A DNA stretch of 64,000 nt, taken from NCBI GenBank assembly GCA_965220815.1, contig OZ244846.1, positions 2,588,104 through 2,652,103 on the forward strand, in the 5' to 3' direction. The position numbers and the translations under genes were made by a program. The stretch comes from Gammaproteobacteria bacterium. Its GTDB lineage: Bacteria > Pseudomonadota > Gammaproteobacteria > Eutrophobiales > Eutrophobiaceae. The notes beneath the pieces were generated by a model. It was not told the origin of the DNA, did not search any database, and saw only the letters and a program-made list of their open reading frames with translations. This document shows positions 39,224 to 47,932 of this stretch, in pieces. Within the stretch, counting starts at the first letter, position 1. Each line of letters opens with the position of its first letter.

Positions 39224-39329
39224 GTAAATTACAGGACACCCAATAAAAAGACAGGACACCCATGTAAATTACAGGACACCCAACAAAAAGACAGGACACC
39301 CATATTAACTTTGTGGTTGTCCTGTAATT
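39224..39329. repeat. Tandem ACAGGACACCCA array (4 copies, 20-bp period) plus an inverted copy (family E)
   Basis: Cores at 39231, 39251, 39271 and 39291; the 40-bp unit is duplicated with 1 mismatch; GGTTGTCCTGTAATT at 39315. Confidence 0.85.
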
Positions 39330-39358
39330 AGTATTGTCAATCGATGTTGATTAATCGA

Positions 39359-40618
39359 TTACGCAGGCAGGAATATTGTTGCCGGGGACTCCAGGTAAGA
39401 TTTCAGCGCCTGGATCGCGCAGGCAGCGTCATGGCCGTCAACGACACGGTGGTCGAAAGAGGATGAAACGTTCATCATCAGGCGGGTAGTGACCCCGTTG
39501 TTTTCAAAAACCGGGCGTTTCTGTGTCCGGTTTATGCCGATAATGGCGACTTCCGGGTAGTTGATGATGGGAGTGGAAACGATGCCGCCCAGCGCCCCCA
39601 GACTGGTAATGGTGATAGTGGAACCGCTGAGTTCCTCCCGGTGCGCCCGCCTGGTTCTCGCCCTCTCCGCGACCTGCCGCAGTTCATGGGCGCACTGCCA
39701 CAGGTCCAGGGATTCCACATCGCGGATGACCGGAACCATAAGCCCGTCGGCGGTCTGTACGGCGATACCGATATGCACCGGCTCAAACTGCCTGATGACC
39801 TGGCGCTCATCGTCAAAGTGCGCATTACACTGGGGAAATTCTTTCACAACCTTCACCAGGGCTTGCATGAAGAAAGGCAGGTAGGTGAGTTCGGGTTGGC
39901 TTTCCTGCCGCAGTCGCTCCAGTTCGGTGACATCGACCTCCTCAACATAGCTGAAATGCGGGATGCGGCTGGCGCTCAGGGTCATCTGTTCGGCTATCTT
40001 GCGGCGCAGGCCCACCAGTTTGATTTCATGGGCGCCGGCTGCATCCGGTCTGGTTTCCGGCGCGGTGTGCTTTCCGGCCTGATCCGGGCAGGCATCGGAC
40101 TCACCGGGGACAGAATTTAATTCTGTCCCCTTTTTGATCTTTTCGATATCGGCGCGGTTAATCCGTCCGTTCGGCCCGGTGCCGCGTACCCGGTCAAGGT
40201 CGATCCCCTGTTCCCTGGCCAGGTGGCGGATGGCGGGGGAGGTCTGCGGCCTGGCGCCTTCTTCCCCGTCATGCCGGACTTGTTCCGGCATCCAGTCAGA
40301 TACTGTGTCGCCCTCTGGGCGACTCTCTGTTTCACTGGATTCCCGCATTCGCGGGAATGACGAATGGGGTGTGTCACCCTCGGTGGCGAACACCGCCAGT
40401 TCAGCGCCTACCGCGATAACGTCACCGGGTTCGCCGGCGACGGACACCAGGGTGCCGCTCACAGGCGCCGTGATCTCGATGGTGGCCTTGTCCGTCATCA
40501 TGTCCACCAGGGGTTGATCCGCTTCGACGGCATCACCGACCCCGGCGCGCCAGACGACGATCTCCGACTCCACTGTCCCTTCGCCCAGGTCTGGCAACTT
40601 GAACGAATAATCAGCCAT
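39359..40618 (-). CDS. bkdB: Branched-chain 2-oxoacid dehydrogenase E2 (dihydrolipoamide acyltransferase)
   Basis: FKLPDLGEG, lipoyl motif MTDKA, E3-binding GTGPNGRI and catalytic FDHRVVDG. Confidence 0.92.
   Translation of the reverse strand: MADYSFKLPDLGEGTVESEIVVWRAGVGDAVEADQPLVDMMTDKATIEITAPVSGTLVSVAGEPGDVIAVGAELAVFATEGDTPHSSFPRMRESSETESRPEGDTVSDWMPEQVRHDGEEGARPQTSPAIRHLAREQGIDLDRVRGTGPNGRINRADIEKIKKGTELNSVPGESDACPDQAGKHTAPETRPDAAGAHEIKLVGLRRKIAEQMTLSASRIPHFSYVEEVDVTELERLRQESQPELTYLPFFMQALVKVVKEFPQCNAHFDDERQVIRQFEPVHIGIAVQTADGLMVPVIRDVESLDLWQCAHELRQVAERARTRRAHREELSGSTITITSLGALGGIVSTPIINYPEVAIIGINRTQKRPVFENNGVTTRLMMNVSSSFDHRVVDGHDAACAIQALKSYLESPATIFLPA
40106..40130. repeat. Family C palindrome in frame inside bkdB
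   Basis: GGGGACAGAATTTAATTCTGTCCCC encodes part of KKGTELNSVPG. Confidence 0.8.
40267..40362. repeat. Family B palindromic element (96 bp) in frame inside bkdB
   Basis: Aligns end to end with 37854..37948; encodes SFPRMRESSETESRPEGDTVSDWMPEQVRHD. Confidence 0.88.
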
Positions 40619-40620
40619 GG

Positions 40621-41706
40621 TCAGGCGTCCAGGGTCCGTTGCAGCGCCTGCGCCACCCGCGCCTGGCCCGGAAAATACGCCCATTCCTGCGCGTGCGGGT
40701 AGGGGGTGTCCCAGCCCGTCACGCGTTCGATGGGGGCTTCCAGGTTCCAGAAGCAGTGCTCCTGGACCTGCGCCGAGAGTTCCGCGCCGTAGCCGCAGAA
40801 GCGCGTCGCTTCGTGCGCGATCACACAGCGCCCTGTGCGGCATACGGAAGCACAGAGGGTGTCGATATCCAGCGGCGCCAGGGTGCGAACATCGATGACC
40901 TCGGCATCGATGCCTTCCCGCGCCGCTGCAGCCAGCGCCACGTGCACCATGGTGCCGTAGGCGAGGACGGTCACGTCGTTTCCCGTTCGTAGCGTTTCCG
41001 CCTTTCCCAGCGCCACACGGTAATGGCCGGCCGGGACCTGCCCCTTTTCGTGGTCGTACCAGCTCACAGCCGGCTTGTCGGGATCGCCATCGAACGGGCC
41101 GTTGTACAGGCGTTTCGGTTCGAAGAAGATAACCGGGTCATCATCCTCGATGGCGCTGATGAGCAGGCCCTTTGCATCAAAGGGATTCGACGGCACCACC
41201 GTCTTCAGCCCGCACACGTGGGCGAACAGGGCCTCCGGAGTCTGGGAGTGGGTCTGCCCGCCGCGGATGCCGCCGCCGCAGGGCGTGCGGATCGTCACCG
41301 GCGACCAGAACTGGCCCGCGCTGCGGTAACGCAATCGGGCGAGTTCGCTGGCGATCTGGTCGAAGGCGGGATAGATGTAGTCGGCAAACTGGATCTCCAC
41401 GACGGGGCGCAGGCCGTTTACGCCCATGCCGATGGCGGTCGCCACGATGCCGCCCTCGGCAATGGGCGTATCGAATACGCGATCTTCGCCATGCTTCTGC
41501 TGCAGGCCCTCGGTGCAGCGGAACACGCCGCCGAAGTAGCCGACGTCTTCGCCGAAAATGACCACGTTGGGATCTTTTTCCAGCATCACGTCCATGGCGG
41601 AGTTCAATGCCTCAATCATGGACATTGAGCCTGTTTCCGGGCGTGATCCTTCCGGCGCCGTGCGGCGCTCGCTGTGGTTATCCTGAAGATTAATTACTGC
41701 GTTCAT
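40621..41706 (-). CDS. bkdA2: Branched-chain 2-oxoacid dehydrogenase E1 beta
   Basis: FGEDVGYFGGVFRCT, EIQFADY, GGQTHSQ and FFEPKRLY; start codon uncertain. Confidence 0.92.
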   Translation of the reverse strand: MNAVINLQDNHSERRTAPEGSRPETGSMSMIEALNSAMDVMLEKDPNVVIFGEDVGYFGGVFRCTEGLQQKHGEDRVFDTPIAEGGIVATAIGMGVNGLRPVVEIQFADYIYPAFDQIASELARLRYRSAGQFWSPVTIRTPCGGGIRGGQTHSQTPEALFAHVCGLKTVVPSNPFDAKGLLISAIEDDDPVIFFEPKRLYNGPFDGDPDKPAVSWYDHEKGQVPAGHYRVALGKAETLRTGNDVTVLAYGTMVHVALAAAAREGIDAEVIDVRTLAPLDIDTLCASVCRTGRCVIAHEATRFCGYGAELSAQVQEHCFWNLEAPIERVTGWDTPYPHAQEWAYFPGQARVAQALQRTLDA

Positions 41707-42928
41707 CTCGCCCCTCCAGTTGCCGGCGTTGTTCCAGGAGGTGGGGCGGCATCTCCTTGTAGACATGTTCGAACATGGCGGCATCGGGCGGGCGCGGGCC
41801 TTCATTTAATGTCCCCAGTGATACGGCCTCTTTCCAGGTACTGCTCACTGCCTCCTCCAATTCCTCCCGCAACCGTTCGTGATCCGCCTCGGACCACTCG
41901 TCCAGGGCGATTAAATGTTGTTTCAAACGCTCGATGGGGTCGCCAAGGGGCCAGTGTTCCCATTCATCAGCCGGACGGTATTTTGCCGGATCATCGCTGG
42001 TGGAATGGGGCGCGGCGCGATAGGTATACAGCTCTATCAGCGTAGGGCCGCCCCCTGCACGGGCGCGCTGCGCGGCCCAGCGAGTAGCTGCACAGGTAGC
42101 GAGAAAATCATTCCCGTCCACGCGCAGGCCGGGGATGCCGTAACCGATGCCCCGCGCGGCAAACGGGTTCTGGTCCCCGCCTGCCACATTTTGATGTGTG
42201 GAAATGGCCCATTGGTTGTTCACGACGTTCAGGATAACCGGCGCGCGGTACACGGAACTGAAGGTCAGGGCATAGTGAAAATCCGCCTCGGCGCTGGTGC
42301 CTTCACCGACCCAGGCTACCGCAATATCATTGGTTTTCCTGTATTCAGCCGCCATGGCCCAGCCGACGGCCTGGGAAAACTGGGTACCCAGGTTGCCGGA
42401 AATACTGAAAAACTTATGTACATCTGAACTGTACATAACCGGCATTTGCCGGCCCTGCAACTTGTCGCCGGCGTTGGACAGGCACTGGCACATCATGTCC
42501 AGCAGGGGATAACCGCGCGTGATCAGCAGGGCCTGCTGCCGGTACGTGGGAAATAGCATGTCTCCGTCATCCAGCGCCATGCACTGGGCAACCGATACGC
42601 CTTCTTCACCGGTGCACTTCAGGTAGAAAGACAGCTTGCCCTGGCGCTGCATCCTGAGCATGCGCTCGTCATAAAGGCGCGTCAGCAACATATAACGTAA
42701 CCCGTCCAGCAACATGGTGGCCGGCAGTTTCGGGTCCCAGGGACCGGTTGCCCGGTGGTTGTCATCCAACACGCGAATCATGTTGAAGGGCAGTTCACTG
42801 CATTCATTAGCCGGCGCTAATTCATCAGGGCGGGCAAGTTCACCGGCTTTGGGCAATTTTATCGCGCTGAAATCAGGTTGCTCGCCCGGTCGGTAGGGCG
42901 CTGTCGGGATATGTAGTCTGCTCGCCAT
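41690..42928 (-). CDS. bkdA1: Branched-chain 2-oxoacid dehydrogenase E1 alpha
   Basis: QRQGKLSFY, GRQMPVMYS, ISGNLGTQ, GEG...NNQWAIS and HSTSDDP. Confidence 0.92.
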   Translation of the reverse strand: MASRLHIPTAPYRPGEQPDFSAIKLPKAGELARPDELAPANECSELPFNMIRVLDDNHRATGPWDPKLPATMLLDGLRYMLLTRLYDERMLRMQRQGKLSFYLKCTGEEGVSVAQCMALDDGDMLFPTYRQQALLITRGYPLLDMMCQCLSNAGDKLQGRQMPVMYSSDVHKFFSISGNLGTQFSQAVGWAMAAEYRKTNDIAVAWVGEGTSAEADFHYALTFSSVYRAPVILNVVNNQWAISTHQNVAGGDQNPFAARGIGYGIPGLRVDGNDFLATCAATRWAAQRARAGGGPTLIELYTYRAAPHSTSDDPAKYRPADEWEHWPLGDPIERLKQHLIALDEWSEADHERLREELEEAVSSTWKEAVSLGTLNEGPRPPDAAMFEHVYKEMPPHLLEQRRQLEGRDERSN

Positions 42929-42949
42929 AACTAACGGAGATGGATGATA

Positions 42950-44041
42950 TTAATCAGTGTATTCGTCTTGTATTGGAAATACTGCGCTGTGTTTAACCAA
43001 ACGCTGCTGTGCCATGCGATCGGCAATTTCATTTGTCGGCCGGTTTTCTTCCCTGGCCAAGTGGAAAATCCTGGTCAGCCGCGGCCCAATTTTACTGATT
43101 TGCTTCATTGCATCCTGTTCATTGCCTAGGTGAAGATATTCGTATGCGAGATTGATAACGCCTCCTGCATTTATGACGTAATCGGGAGCATATAAAATTT
43201 GCCTGTCAGCTAACAGTTTGCCGTCGGCTTCAGTTGCGAGTTGATTGTTCGCTGCGCCGGCAATAATCGATGCCTTGATCTTTGGAATAGAATGTTGATT
43301 CAGAATAGCACCCAGTGCACAAGGTGATAACACGTCAACTTCCTGGTAAAGGATATGAGCAGTATCTACCGGCGTTGCGCCAAATTCCACGCATGCAGCA
43401 TTAAGCCTGTCTTTATCGATATCGCTGACGAGTAGTTGAGCGCCTGCTTCGTGCAGGTGGCGGCATAGATGATAACCAACGGACCCTAATCCCTGTACGC
43501 CAATTCGAATTTCTTTGAGATCTGTTCTGTCCGGTTCATCGGTCTGGAAACCGACGGCTGCCAGTATCCCTAAAAAAACTCCAAAGGCGGTTTTGGGAGA
43601 AGGGTCACCGCCGGAATAACCATTCCCCTTCGATAAACCACATACATATCGCGTTTCTGTAGCGATAATTTGCATATCATTGACGTTGACTCCGACGTCC
43701 TGGCCCGTGACATAATCTCCAGCCAACCGTTCAATATATTTTCCCAGTGCACGAAGTAAATTATCGGATTTCGTTTTATTCGGATCGCCGATGATCACTG
43801 TCTTTCCACCACCCAATGGTAGTTCCGCCATGGCGTTTTTATAGCTCATGCCTTGTGACAGGCGCAGCACATCGTTTATTGCATCCGTTTCGTTTTGATA
43901 GGCCCACATTCTGCAACCACCTGCGGCTGGGCCGAGTGTCGTATTGTGCAGGGCAATAATGGCGTTAAGGCCAGTTGGCGCATCCTGGCAAAAAACAAGG
44001 CGTTCGTGGTTATCGAAGTTATCAGATTCAAAAACAGGCAT
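42950..44041 (-). CDS. Leu/Phe/Val dehydrogenase
   Basis: LGPAAGGCR, GMSYKNA, GGGK, QGLGSVG, GAANNQL and PDYVINAGG. Confidence 0.92.
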   Translation of the reverse strand: MPVFESDNFDNHERLVFCQDAPTGLNAIIALHNTTLGPAAGGCRMWAYQNETDAINDVLRLSQGMSYKNAMAELPLGGGKTVIIGDPNKTKSDNLLRALGKYIERLAGDYVTGQDVGVNVNDMQIIATETRYVCGLSKGNGYSGGDPSPKTAFGVFLGILAAVGFQTDEPDRTDLKEIRIGVQGLGSVGYHLCRHLHEAGAQLLVSDIDKDRLNAACVEFGATPVDTAHILYQEVDVLSPCALGAILNQHSIPKIKASIIAGAANNQLATEADGKLLADRQILYAPDYVINAGGVINLAYEYLHLGNEQDAMKQISKIGPRLTRIFHLAREENRPTNEIADRMAQQRLVKHSAVFPIQDEYTD

Positions 44042-44185
44042 GCGTCTTCTCCATTGCCATTGATGAAATGCAATAGTTACGTGAACAAATTGTAGATGAC
44101 AACAAAGGGATTTTTTTTGCTTTTTTCGCTGATTTTCTCGATAATAAGGAAAATCATACTAATTTTATCCATTTATTAAGTAAAA

Positions 44186-44659
44186 ATGACCTTAAAGATT
44201 GATCGATTCGACAAGAAGATTCTGACTATCCTGCAACAGGATGCCGGTTTGACTGTCAGCGAACTGGCAGAAAGGATCGGCCTGTCCACGTCACCCTGCT
44301 GGCGCCGTCTCAAGCGCCTGATGGATGCGGGGGTATTGAAAAAGCGGGTAGCGATACTGGATCATAACCAGTTGGGTCTGGACGTGATCGTGTTTGCGGA
44401 AGTCAAGCTTGAGGCGCACGGCCACGAAGCGTTGCCGAATTTTCAGAAAGCCGTGGAGAAACTGCCGGAAGTGCTTGAATGTTACACGGTGCTGGGAGAG
44501 ATGGATTTCTTGCTAAAAGTGGTGGCAACGGACATCCATGCTTATGAACGTTTTCTCCGTCACCTGCTGTCCCTGCCGGCCGTGCGCGAAGTGAACTCGA
44601 AGATGGTTGTTTCCGAAATCAAGTGCACCAACGAACTGCCGCTTCATTTTTTGACGTGA
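44186..44659 (+). CDS. Lrp/AsnC-family regulator (BkdR-like, divergent from the bkd operon)
   Basis: DRFDKKILTILQQD, GLSTSPCWRRLKRL and PEVLECY...GEMDFLLKV. Confidence 0.92.
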   Translation: MTLKIDRFDKKILTILQQDAGLTVSELAERIGLSTSPCWRRLKRLMDAGVLKKRVAILDHNQLGLDVIVFAEVKLEAHGHEALPNFQKAVEKLPEVLECYTVLGEMDFLLKVVATDIHAYERFLRHLLSLPAVREVNSKMVVSEIKCTNELPLHFLT

Positions 44660-44794
44660 TCATCACTTAAACCGATTGATTATCCAGGTTCACCAGCCGC
44701 TATCGGTGTAAGGGTCATGCGTTTGTACGCTCACGCGCATATATGCTATGCTTCAATCAGTATTAAACCAACGTAGCAGAATATCTGACAGGGA

Positions 44795-45145
44795 ATGATG
44801 AAAGTTTATTTCAGGGACAGAAAGCTAAAAAAAGTTTGTGAAGATGAAAAGACCCGTGTAAGGCGTTTTGGTCCTGTGATGGCCGGGAAAATCAGAATCA
44901 GGTTGGCTGTTTTATCTGCTGCACGCTCTCTCGGTGATTTCTGGCCACCCTTTTCAGGTCCCGAAAGATGTCACGAATTGACAGGAGATATGAAAGGCAA
45001 GTTCTCGATAGATTTGAAACACCCGTACAGACTGATATTCACACCTGTTTCGGGACTGGAATCAGCGCCACAGGATAATGCAAAGCTGCGTTGGCATGCA
45101 GTCACAGCAGTTGAAATTACAGGCATTGAAGATACCCATGGATAA
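44795..45145 (+). CDS. higB: HigB-like (RelE/ParE) toxin
   Basis: FRDRKLKKVC, RCHELTGDMKGKFSIDLKHPYRLIF and IEDTHG. Confidence 0.82.
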   Translation: MMKVYFRDRKLKKVCEDEKTRVRRFGPVMAGKIRIRLAVLSAARSLGDFWPPFSGPERCHELTGDMKGKFSIDLKHPYRLIFTPVSGLESAPQDNAKLRWHAVTAVEITGIEDTHG

Positions 45146-45440
45146 TTACAATCAAACAGCGTATTCACCACACTCAGCATTACATCCTGGCTCTGTGGTA
45201 TCGGATTATCTTGAAGCCAACGGCTGGTCACAACGAGAGTTATCCGTGCGTACGGGAATTACCTTGCAAGTAATCAGAGCAATTTGTAATTGCAAGAGTC
45301 CAATCACTACCGCTACCGCAACCGCGCTTGAGAATGTTTTCCAACGGCCAGCACACTTCTGGCTGGGGCTACAGCAACAGTATAATGATGCTGCCCCGGA
45401 CTGTGGCAGCCGGCAGCAACGAGTTGAAGCAATAAAGTAA
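45138..45440 (+). CDS. higA: HigA-family antitoxin
   Basis: HPGSVVSDYL...SQRELS...ITTATATALE...AHFWLGLQQQY; overlaps the toxin stop. Confidence 0.82.
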   Translation: MDNYNQTAYSPHSALHPGSVVSDYLEANGWSQRELSVRTGITLQVIRAICNCKSPITTATATALENVFQRPAHFWLGLQQQYNDAAPDCGSRQQRVEAIK

Positions 45441-45568
45441 CAAAAGCCAACGCTACAACTACACCACGTCCGCCAGCAGGTAACCCGGTTCGGTCCGTCA
45501 ACCCGTGGCGCCCGGGCACGAACCTGTCCCAGTCCAGATCCAGGCCGTCGATAATGGCTTTGGCGTAA

Positions 45569-45590
45569 GGGACGGACTTAAGTCCGTCCC
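45569..45590. repeat. Family C perfect 22-bp palindrome
   Basis: GGGACGGACTTAAGTCCGTCCC. Confidence 0.8.
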
Positions 45591-45687
45591 CGGGTGTGCG
45601 TTACATTTGGTAGTGTCAAATTTCTTTCGCACATTTTTCTCAGGAGTGGTCCTGATCCTCATTCATGCTGCTGAGTAAGCAGCTTCC

Positions 45688-45779
45688 ATTTCTATCGCTG
45701 AGTACGTTATATTTCTATCGCTATTTACGTTGCAATTCTATCGCTGATTACATTATAATTCTATCGTTGAACATAGACA
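45688..45779 (+). repeat. Four direct repeats with 23-bp period (core TTCTATCG) upstream of the ATPase
   Basis: Units start at 45688, 45711, 45734 and 45757. Confidence 0.85.
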
Positions 45780-45800
45780 TCAAGACGTATTGCCGGTTAA

Positions 45801-47048
45801 ATGACTTATCAATCCCGTATTGCAGACACAGAGTTGGAGCAGCGACTTTCTTCGGCGGGAGGAGTCGTCATCGAAGGGCCCAGAGCCTGTGGAAAAACGG
45901 CCACTGCCAGGCAGAAGGCAGCGAGCGAGGTACTGCTGGATATCGATGAGGTGGCTCGACGGACAATCGCAATCGATGCCGCTTTGGTCCTGGAGGGTGA
46001 AACACCCCGCTTAATTGACGAGTGGCAGGTCGAGCCCTCCATCTGGAACCATATTCGCCGGGCTGTGGATGATCGTGCCCGCTCCGGTCAGTTCATTCTT
46101 ACCGGTTCGGCAATCCCCGCGGATGATATTACCCGGCATACGGGAGCGGGGCGCCTGGCTCGTCTGCGCATGCGTCCGATGTCGCTGTTCGAGACTGGTC
46201 ACGCATCCGGTATGATTTCGGTAGCAGGCCTGCTTGATGGAGTGCCACCTCGAAGTCCAAGAGCCGAATTGTCTGTCAGGAGTGTAGCCGAACTGGTGTC
46301 AGTCGGAGGTTGGCCGGGTCATTTAGGTCGTTCTCTGAAGGATGCGCAACGGGCCAATCGTGATTACCTTACTGAGATCTGTCGAGGTGACATCGAACGA
46401 GTGGATGGAATAAGGCGAGATCCGGACAAGGTGCGCCGTTTTCTGCAGTCCCTTGCCCGCAATGTGGCTACCCAGGTGGCGGTATCAACCATGGCCAAGG
46501 ATGCCGGTGGTGCAGACGGCGCCTTGAGGGCGAACACGGCGCATGAATACCTGGCGGCGCTTGAACGGCTCATGATCGTTGAGGACCAGCCGGCATGGAC
46601 GCCTCATTTGCGTTCAAGGTCGAGCTTGCGGGGCAGGCCCAAGCGACACTTCGTTGACCCTTCCCTGGCGGTAGCGGCACTGCGCGCAAACCCGGATCGT
46701 TTATTGAAAGATCTCAATCTGCTTGGATTGCTTTTTGAATCCATGGTGATTCGCGACCTGCGCATTTACGCCCAGGCTGCCGATGCCGAAGTGCTGCAAT
46801 ACCGTGACAATACAGGTCTGGAAGTGGATGCCGTCATACAGGCCGCTGACGGGCGCTGGGCGGCTTTTGAGATCAAGCTGGGGGAGGCTCGCGTCGATGA
46901 GGGCGTTGCCAACCTGTTGAAGTTTGTCGAGCGCGTGGACTTGGACCGGTGCGGCAAACCGTCGGCGCTCGGTGTGATCGTCTCGGCCGGGTATGGATAT
47001 GTCAAGGATGGTATAGGGGTAATTCCAATCGGAGCCTTGGGTCCATAA
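45801..47048 (+). CDS. AAA_14 ATPase with DUF4143 (wHTH plus PD-(D/E)XK-like) C-terminus
   Basis: GPRACGKT, LIDEWQ, FILTGS, GAGR, GGWP, PKRHFVDPSL, LFESMV and EVDAVI...FEIKLG. Confidence 0.9.
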   Translation: MTYQSRIADTELEQRLSSAGGVVIEGPRACGKTATARQKAASEVLLDIDEVARRTIAIDAALVLEGETPRLIDEWQVEPSIWNHIRRAVDDRARSGQFILTGSAIPADDITRHTGAGRLARLRMRPMSLFETGHASGMISVAGLLDGVPPRSPRAELSVRSVAELVSVGGWPGHLGRSLKDAQRANRDYLTEICRGDIERVDGIRRDPDKVRRFLQSLARNVATQVAVSTMAKDAGGADGALRANTAHEYLAALERLMIVEDQPAWTPHLRSRSSLRGRPKRHFVDPSLAVAALRANPDRLLKDLNLLGLLFESMVIRDLRIYAQAADAEVLQYRDNTGLEVDAVIQAADGRWAAFEIKLGEARVDEGVANLLKFVERVDLDRCGKPSALGVIVSAGYGYVKDGIGVIPIGALGP

Positions 47049-47400
47049 GCGCCAGCCTACTCGATCCCCAGGACCTCGCGGCTGGACGCCGGGTCATCAA
47101 ATTCATCGGGCCACTCCGTACTGTCGTCTTTATTATTCAATATCCCATCAAGATTTTTCAAAGCATGTTCGATTGGCAGAACCGTAATATCGTCTATTGT
47201 ATTGAGCTTCGAAGGTTAAACACATCATCCTGTTCAATGGCAGTCAGCGGATGCATGTGGTAGGTGAGCGCGCGCCCGGCCAATAAATTAACTCCTTTCC
47301 GGCGTAAGATTCTGGCACTGGATCCTGTCATGATAGGGTAAAATGCATTTAAAAAGTGAAAAAAGACCGAATTATTTAAGTTATCATTTGAAGGCTGTCA

Positions 47401-47868
47401 ATGGCTAAAGAACATACTTATTCGGCAACCGTAACATGGACGGGCAATCATGGAGAGGGGACAACCGACTACAAGTCCTATACCCGCTATTACGACATTG
47501 GCTGCGATGGCAAGCCGGTGCTCAAGGGCTCTGCAGATCCGGAATACATGGGCGATGCAACTTACCACAATCCGGAGGACATGCTGCTGGCCGCCCTGTC
47601 CGCCTGCCACATGCTCTGGTACCTGCACCTCTGCGCAGTCAACAAAGTCGTGGTGACGGCCTACGAAGACACTGCGGAAGGAGTAATGCAGACCCATCTG
47701 GACGGGTCTGGCGAATTCACGAGTGTGACGCTGAAACCCCGGATTACAATTACATCCGAAAGCGATTTGGCGCTGGCGGAAAGTCTGCACGAAAAGGCAA
47801 ATGCCATGTGCTTCATCGCTCGGTCCGTCAATTTCCCCATTGAGCACGACGCGGAGATCACGCAATAG
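47401..47868 (+). CDS. OsmC-family protein
   Basis: WTGN, SADP, NPEDMLLAALSACHML and CFIARSVN. Confidence 0.9.
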   Translation: MAKEHTYSATVTWTGNHGEGTTDYKSYTRYYDIGCDGKPVLKGSADPEYMGDATYHNPEDMLLAALSACHMLWYLHLCAVNKVVVTAYEDTAEGVMQTHLDGSGEFTSVTLKPRITITSESDLALAESLHEKANAMCFIARSVNFPIEHDAEITQ

Positions 47869-47932
47869 TGACGCTACGCCAGGTAGTCGTTTACAGGAGA
47901 CTTTCTCCGTAACACCTACCGGATCCGTTCCC

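Noticed and set aside
39224-39329. Short direct-repeat array as a mini-CRISPR
   Set aside because: The 12-bp core and 8-bp linkers are too short, and the linkers themselves repeat.
40619-40843. Longer N-terminus for E2 (and 41707..41805 for E1 beta)
   Set aside because: Overlaps the upstream gene; the lipoyl domain begins at MADYSFKLPDLGEG.
45688-45779. 23-bp periodic array as a CRISPR
   Set aside because: No spacer-length unique segments; the units are degenerate tandem repeats.
47057-47215. Minus-strand fragment IDDITVLPIEHALKNLDGIL, a possible gene remnant
   Set aside because: No start codon, short, and cannot be assigned without a search.
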